From assembly GCA_965237775.1 (NCBI GenBank), contig OZ250155.1, positions 5,057,419 through 5,121,418 on the forward strand: a stretch of DNA of 64,000 nucleotides. The letters are read 5' to 3'. A model generated the notes under the pieces. It was not told where the DNA came from. It did no database searches and saw nothing but the letters and a program-made list of their open reading frames with translations. The position numbers were made by a program, and so were the translations under genes. This document shows positions 59,991 through 64,000 of the stretch, piece after piece. The stretch is from Dehalococcoidia bacterium. GTDB lineage: Bacteria; Chloroflexota; Dehalococcoidia; Lucifugimonadales; UBA3495. Numbering within the stretch: position 1 is the stretch's first letter; each line of letters begins with the position of its first letter.

Positions 59991-60482
59991 TGCCTGCGGC
60001 CCCAGTTGTTCTGGGGTCTGTCCGCACGGACTCTGCGTTGGCTCGCATATGCGCGGTTCCGGCTCCGGGGAGCTTTCGGAGCCGGGGTTCATGCTGCTCT
60101 CGGCCGTCTGCGGAGTACTCCGGCTTGATGCCGGGTTTCCTTGCTCCGGTCCCGGGCTGGTCTCCTTCCCGGTGCTTGGCCCGGTGCCTTGCGCGTGCTC
60201 GGTCCCTGCCCCGAAAGGTACTGCCAGGTTAACCCTGCCGCAATAGGCCTGGGCTGTGCCTCCCCAGAAGTTGGACATTGTGCTCATCCCGTATGTTGGC
60301 GCGGGCTGGCCCATGCCTGGGGCTGGTTCCCTGGGGGCTGGGGGTGGCGGCCGGTTGACTTCCGCGCACGCGGACGCAAGGACCACCGTTATGACGAGCC
60401 ACCGGAGAACGGGCCCTGGCCACGTTGCGGGATGTCGTTCGGAATGTCGCCATGCGTTGCCTGGGTTCCCGGCCATGGCCCG

Positions 60483-61484
60483 TTACTTGGTCTGTTTACA
60501 GGCGAAATCGCTAAAGTGGGGGGTGCTTTCGTACGCTTTCCCGCAGACCAGCGTGGCCTGCAGGGTTCCGCTGATGATTGCTCCGGTAACTGCTGCTTCC
60601 GAGTGGTGAACCGTGGTCTCCGGCCCGGAGAGTTCAAACCAGGTGACCGATGGTTCTGGGTTGCGCTTTTCCAAGGTTCTCCGGTTCGTCCACCGTTCTC
60701 CTTCCACGCGCACGCTGACGTCGTTCAGCCCGATTCGATCGTCTGCGGCCGCGACTTCACCCTTCAGGTTGCCGCTGGGGTGGTTGTTTGACAGGCGCAT
60801 CCATATGGGGGCACTTTCCACCTGGGATTTGCTGGGTTTGATAATTTCTCCCTCCGTTGCCGCGGATGGGGTTGGCTTGGATGGATATTCAGCTGAAGGC
60901 GTCACGAAGATGATTTTCTCCTTCGGATCCGGCTGCATGGGCTGGGTTAGCTGCCAGTTGGATTTCATCTTTTGGTGGTCAATGCTGTTCAGGCAAGCCC
61001 AGACGCTGCTGTGGGAGGTTTCGTTCACCTTCCCGCAGACCAATCTATCTCTCACAACCCCGTCTATGATTACTTCGGTGACGGTTGCTTCCGAGTGGTG
61101 GTCTGGGACCGTCGGCCCGGAGAGTTCAAACCAGGTGAACGTGGATTCTTTGTGAGTCGGTTCCGCGGTCTTCCAGTTCGTCCAGCGCACGCCGTTCACG
61201 TGCACGGTAACTTCATACTGGCTGATCCGGTCATCTGCGGTCTGGATTTCACCCTTGAGGTTGTTGTTTGTATAGTCGTTTGACAGGCGTATCCATGCGG
61301 GGGACTTTTCCAGGTCTGGCCAGAAGCCCGTTATTGTTCTTGGCGCGTATGTTGGCGTGGGGGCCGGTTCCTTGGGAGTGGCGGGCGGCGATAGCCGGGC
61401 GCTTTCCGCACATGCGCACGCCAGCAATACCATTATGGCGAGCCCGGTGAGGGCGGGCAGACGCCCATTTCTGAGCTTATTCAT
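60483..61484 (-). CDS. Lipoprotein with two tandem ~105-aa beta-rich domains
   Basis: MNKLRNG...LLACAC lipobox; repeat W.RLSN....NLKGE...ADDRI...TWFELSGP...HHSEA.VT...LVCGK...AC occurs twice. Confidence 0.8.
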   Translation of the reverse strand: MNKLRNGRLPALTGLAIMVLLACACAESARLSPPATPKEPAPTPTYAPRTITGFWPDLEKSPAWIRLSNDYTNNNLKGEIQTADDRISQYEVTVHVNGVRWTNWKTAEPTHKESTFTWFELSGPTVPDHHSEATVTEVIIDGVVRDRLVCGKVNETSHSSVWACLNSIDHQKMKSNWQLTQPMQPDPKEKIIFVTPSAEYPSKPTPSAATEGEIIKPSKSQVESAPIWMRLSNNHPSGNLKGEVAAADDRIGLNDVSVRVEGERWTNRRTLEKRNPEPSVTWFELSGPETTVHHSEAAVTGAIISGTLQATLVCGKAYESTPHFSDFACKQTK

Positions 61485-62035
61485 GTCTTGCAACCTCCCA
61501 TGACGGATGGCCGTATCTGATTGTTGCAGACATGGGGTGCCCCGCGTTTTGGCGTGAGCGCAGCGGGCCCCGCGCCTCTGCGGGGGCCGTGCCTGGGAGT
61601 TGTCCTGTTGCCCTGGGCTCGGGGCCCGGAAGTCGGTGAAGCAGGTGAGTGTCGTGGCCTTGGCCTGCCAGCGGGCAGAGTCTTCCCGCCAGGTGTTGCC
61701 TTGGTCCTCGCTCCGGCCCGTTGGATGTCTCGGCCCGTTGTCTGGTTCACGGCCTGCTGGTGGGGCTGGCGCGTTCGCCTGTTTTATTGGCCCCTGACCA
61801 GCTGGGTCAAGGCCCTTGGGCTGCGCCCTGCTGGCTGGGAGGGGGGTTCCTGGCTGCCGGGCGGTTGTGAGTCCACCGGCCTTTGGAACGGGAGCGCCGG
61901 ACTTGGGCCGGTTGCCCCTCGGGACCCCCCCCGGTGCTAGCATCTCCGCGCGGGGGCTTGGCTGGTCCCCGCGGAAGGCGTAGCTCCCGGCGTGCCTCAG
62001 AGCCCGGGCGGAGGGGGGTCCCGGCCCAGGCCCCG

Positions 62036-62240
62036 CTGACAGGGGTATGTAAAGTCTTAAAATAGTTTGAGAACCTGGAAAGCGCACGGGAATCTGGCAT
62101 CTTGGTTGCAATCACGAAACCGGATGCCGGAGGTCTCCCATGCGCCTTCCCAGCGAATGCCACCAGATGAAGCAGGCTATTGAAACGCATATGCCCCACC
62201 TCAGCCGGCCGCAATTGACCGGGCTGGTCCTATGGGTGTG
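62036..62240 (+). mobile_element. Left end and truncated transposase start of an IS (IS4-like, family uncertain)
   Basis: CTGACAGGGGTATGTA terminus, GGAGG RBS, MRLPSECHQMKQAIETHMPHLSRPQLTGLVLWV from 62140. Confidence 0.55.
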
Positions 62241-62490
62241 ATGTATAATTTCGCGGAAAGCGGCAAGTCGCCGTTGATTCCGGCGCCAGAGTTGGAACGA
62301 CTGGGTTTCAAGATGGTCATTTATCCGGTCGGCGCGCTGCTCACCGTTTCAACGTTGTTGGAGAGGTAATGCGGCAGTTGAGGCAGCAAGGCGCCACCGA
62401 GCATTTGATAGAGAACATGGTGTCGGTGGTGGACGCTTTTGAGTTGGTGGGCCTGTCCCCCATGCTGGAGCGGGACGCCAGCTACTCCAA
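62241..62490 (+). pseudogene. C-terminal remnant of an isocitrate lyase/PEP mutase family gene
   Basis: NFAESGKSPLIPAPELERLGFKMVIYP motif; frameshifted downstream. Confidence 0.7.
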
Positions 62491-62517
62491 CGCCGGCAGG
62501 GGGTTTGGAGACTCGCC

Positions 62518-63777
62518 ATGAATGAAGGCCCGAGTATGAACCGGGAGCAGGGACGGGGTTTTGCCGCCCAACTGTCGGCGGAAGTGGCGGAATGGCAGGA
62601 CCGGGGCATCATCACTGCCGAACAGGCGGCGGCTATCCTGGAGAACTACCCGGTTGAGGATGCCGGGCCCGCCTCTCGCAGCAGGCTGGTCAGCATCCTG
62701 GGGACGCTGGGCGCGGCACTGATTGGGCTGGGGGTCATCCTCTTCTTTGCGGCCAATTGGCAGGGGTTGTCCAAAGAGGTCAAGCTGGCGTTGATGCTAG
62801 TGGCCGTTCCGGCGGCTTACGGGGCGGGTTATTGGGCCCGCTACCGGCGACAGTACCTCCGGGCGGGAACGGCGGTCTTGCTGCTGGCGGCGGTACTGTA
62901 CGGCGCGGCCATCCACCTGGTGGCCCAGGCGTACCACGTTCCGGTGAATAGCCCCAACCTGGTTCTGTTTTGGTTCCTGGGGGTTATTCCCCTGGCTTAC
63001 GTTACCCGTTCCCGGTCGGTGTTGACGTTGGGCATCGTCCTGTTCCTAGCGGCTATCGGGTTCCGGGGGCAGGAGTGGCTGCGCGACTGGGAGTTGATAC
63101 CCTTCCGGGCCTTCCCGCTTTACCTGGCCTTGGGGTTGGCTCTTTACGCCTGGGGCAAGCTGCAAAACGAGTTCCGGGCGACCCAGGTCTTCGCCAAGCC
63201 CTACGAACTGCTGGGGGTGGTGGTCGCCTTCGGTGCCGTTTATCTGCTGACCTTCCGGTTCTGGTGGGAGGATTTCATCTTCGATTGGGGGGGTGGAGGT
63301 TGGACAGGCCCAAGGGAAACGGTGGAGTATTGGGCGTTGGCGGCAGTCGCCGTTGCCGTAACGGTCGGTGGACTGGCGGCGAGTTGGCTGCTGAGGCGGC
63401 GGGCCGGTATGGCCCCGGGAACCCTGGCCTGGCAAGGACTGGCGGCGGCGGTTTTCCTGGGCTGCGCTGTCCTGGTGGTGTTTTTTCCGGCAGCCAACGA
63501 TTGGGCTTATCCGCTGCTGTTCAATTTGCTGCTGCTGGCCGGAATCGTCGGGCTACTGTTCCTGGGGTATTCCAGTGGGCAAGAAGCGCTCATCAACCTG
63601 GGGATGGTTTTCTTCAGCGTTGACGTTTTTACCCGGTACTTTGAACTGAGTTTTGACCTGCTGGACCGGTCGGTGGTGTTCATCGTTGCCGGGGTGATTT
63701 TGCTGGCCGGAGGGTTTGCCCTGGAGCGGGGCCGGCGAATGATGGTCCAGAGAATCCGCGCCCAGGAGGGCGGATAA
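62518..63777 (+). CDS. DUF2157-domain membrane protein
   Basis: W...GIIT.EQA, G.GVILFFAANW and GAAI.LVAQ.YH motifs; multiple TM helices. Confidence 0.88.
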   Translation: MNEGPSMNREQGRGFAAQLSAEVAEWQDRGIITAEQAAAILENYPVEDAGPASRSRLVSILGTLGAALIGLGVILFFAANWQGLSKEVKLALMLVAVPAAYGAGYWARYRRQYLRAGTAVLLLAAVLYGAAIHLVAQAYHVPVNSPNLVLFWFLGVIPLAYVTRSRSVLTLGIVLFLAAIGFRGQEWLRDWELIPFRAFPLYLALGLALYAWGKLQNEFRATQVFAKPYELLGVVVAFGAVYLLTFRFWWEDFIFDWGGGGWTGPRETVEYWALAAVAVAVTVGGLAASWLLRRRAGMAPGTLAWQGLAAAVFLGCAVLVVFFPAANDWAYPLLFNLLLLAGIVGLLFLGYSSGQEALINLGMVFFSVDVFTRYFELSFDLLDRSVVFIVAGVILLAGGFALERGRRMMVQRIRAQEGG

Positions 63778-64000
63778 TGAGTCTCCGATTCAACCTTTTC
63801 TTCTGGGGGATCGTCGGCGCCCAGATAGTGGTGCTGTTGGCGATGATCGGCGTCAAGGAAGCCACGCTGCAAACCGGAACCGAGGTGGTGCTGCAAACCG
63901 TGCCGGTGGACCCCCGGTCGCTCTTGCAGGGCGATTATGCGATTCTCGGTTACGAAGTCGGTGAGCCGGGATTTGCCGTTGACGGCATTCCCTGGGACCA
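63777..64000 (+). CDS. GDYXXLXY-domain protein (runs off the window end)
   Basis: L.TGTEVVLQT.PVDPRSLLQGDYAILGYE; usual partner of DUF2157. Confidence 0.88.
   Translation, partial: MSLRFNLFFWGIVGAQIVVLLAMIGVKEATLQTGTEVVLQTVPVDPRSLLQGDYAILGYEVGEPGFAVDGIPWD

Noticed and set aside
17636-62051. The 16-bp motif as att sites of the serine integrase delimiting a 44-kb island
   Set aside because: Its position before a transposase-like start and the C-run flanks fit IS/MITE termini better; similarity to the 1710 junction is only GGGGTAT.

Overview
GC-rich accessory or genomic-island region with no housekeeping operon. The gene content (many Pro/Thr-linker lipoproteins, FN3, GLUG, RCC1-like and TPR repeat proteins, Uma2, DUF2157/GDYXXLXY) is suggestive of a Chloroflexota/Dehalococcoidia-like, possibly host-associated bacterium (inference only). 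Left part (1-17.6 kb): a broken IS607 (tnpA tail plus frameshifted tnpB) abuts a large serine recombinase and an XRE regulator. It also holds one catalytically degenerate resolvase-domain ORF and three stand-alone copies of the integrase zinc-ribbon domain, interleaved with repeated non-coding scaffolds and variable surface-protein cargo. Middle and right: large secreted proteins, an NlaIII/IceA1-like R-M pair, a type IIG-like R-M enzyme and a lower-GC MTase + 4TM + DGQHR + hypothetical cluster (candidate defence system). The most striking unannotated structure is three families of non-autonomous elements. (i) Six ~152-bp IS630-end MITEs with constant length but three different cores; they bracket single genes and one pair forms a composite transposon. 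(ii) Transposase-free cassettes with GGGAA(C/T)T(A/G)TCC ends and ~9-bp target duplications, carrying a lipoprotein gene or a degenerate tRNA-Val plus small ORFs. (iii) A 196-bp MITE with CTGACAGGGGTATGTA ends. At 45.1-51.1 kb an IS1380, a cassette and a MITE composite are nested three deep. All family assignments are from motif recognition by eye. Many frameshifts could be real decay or long-read errors.
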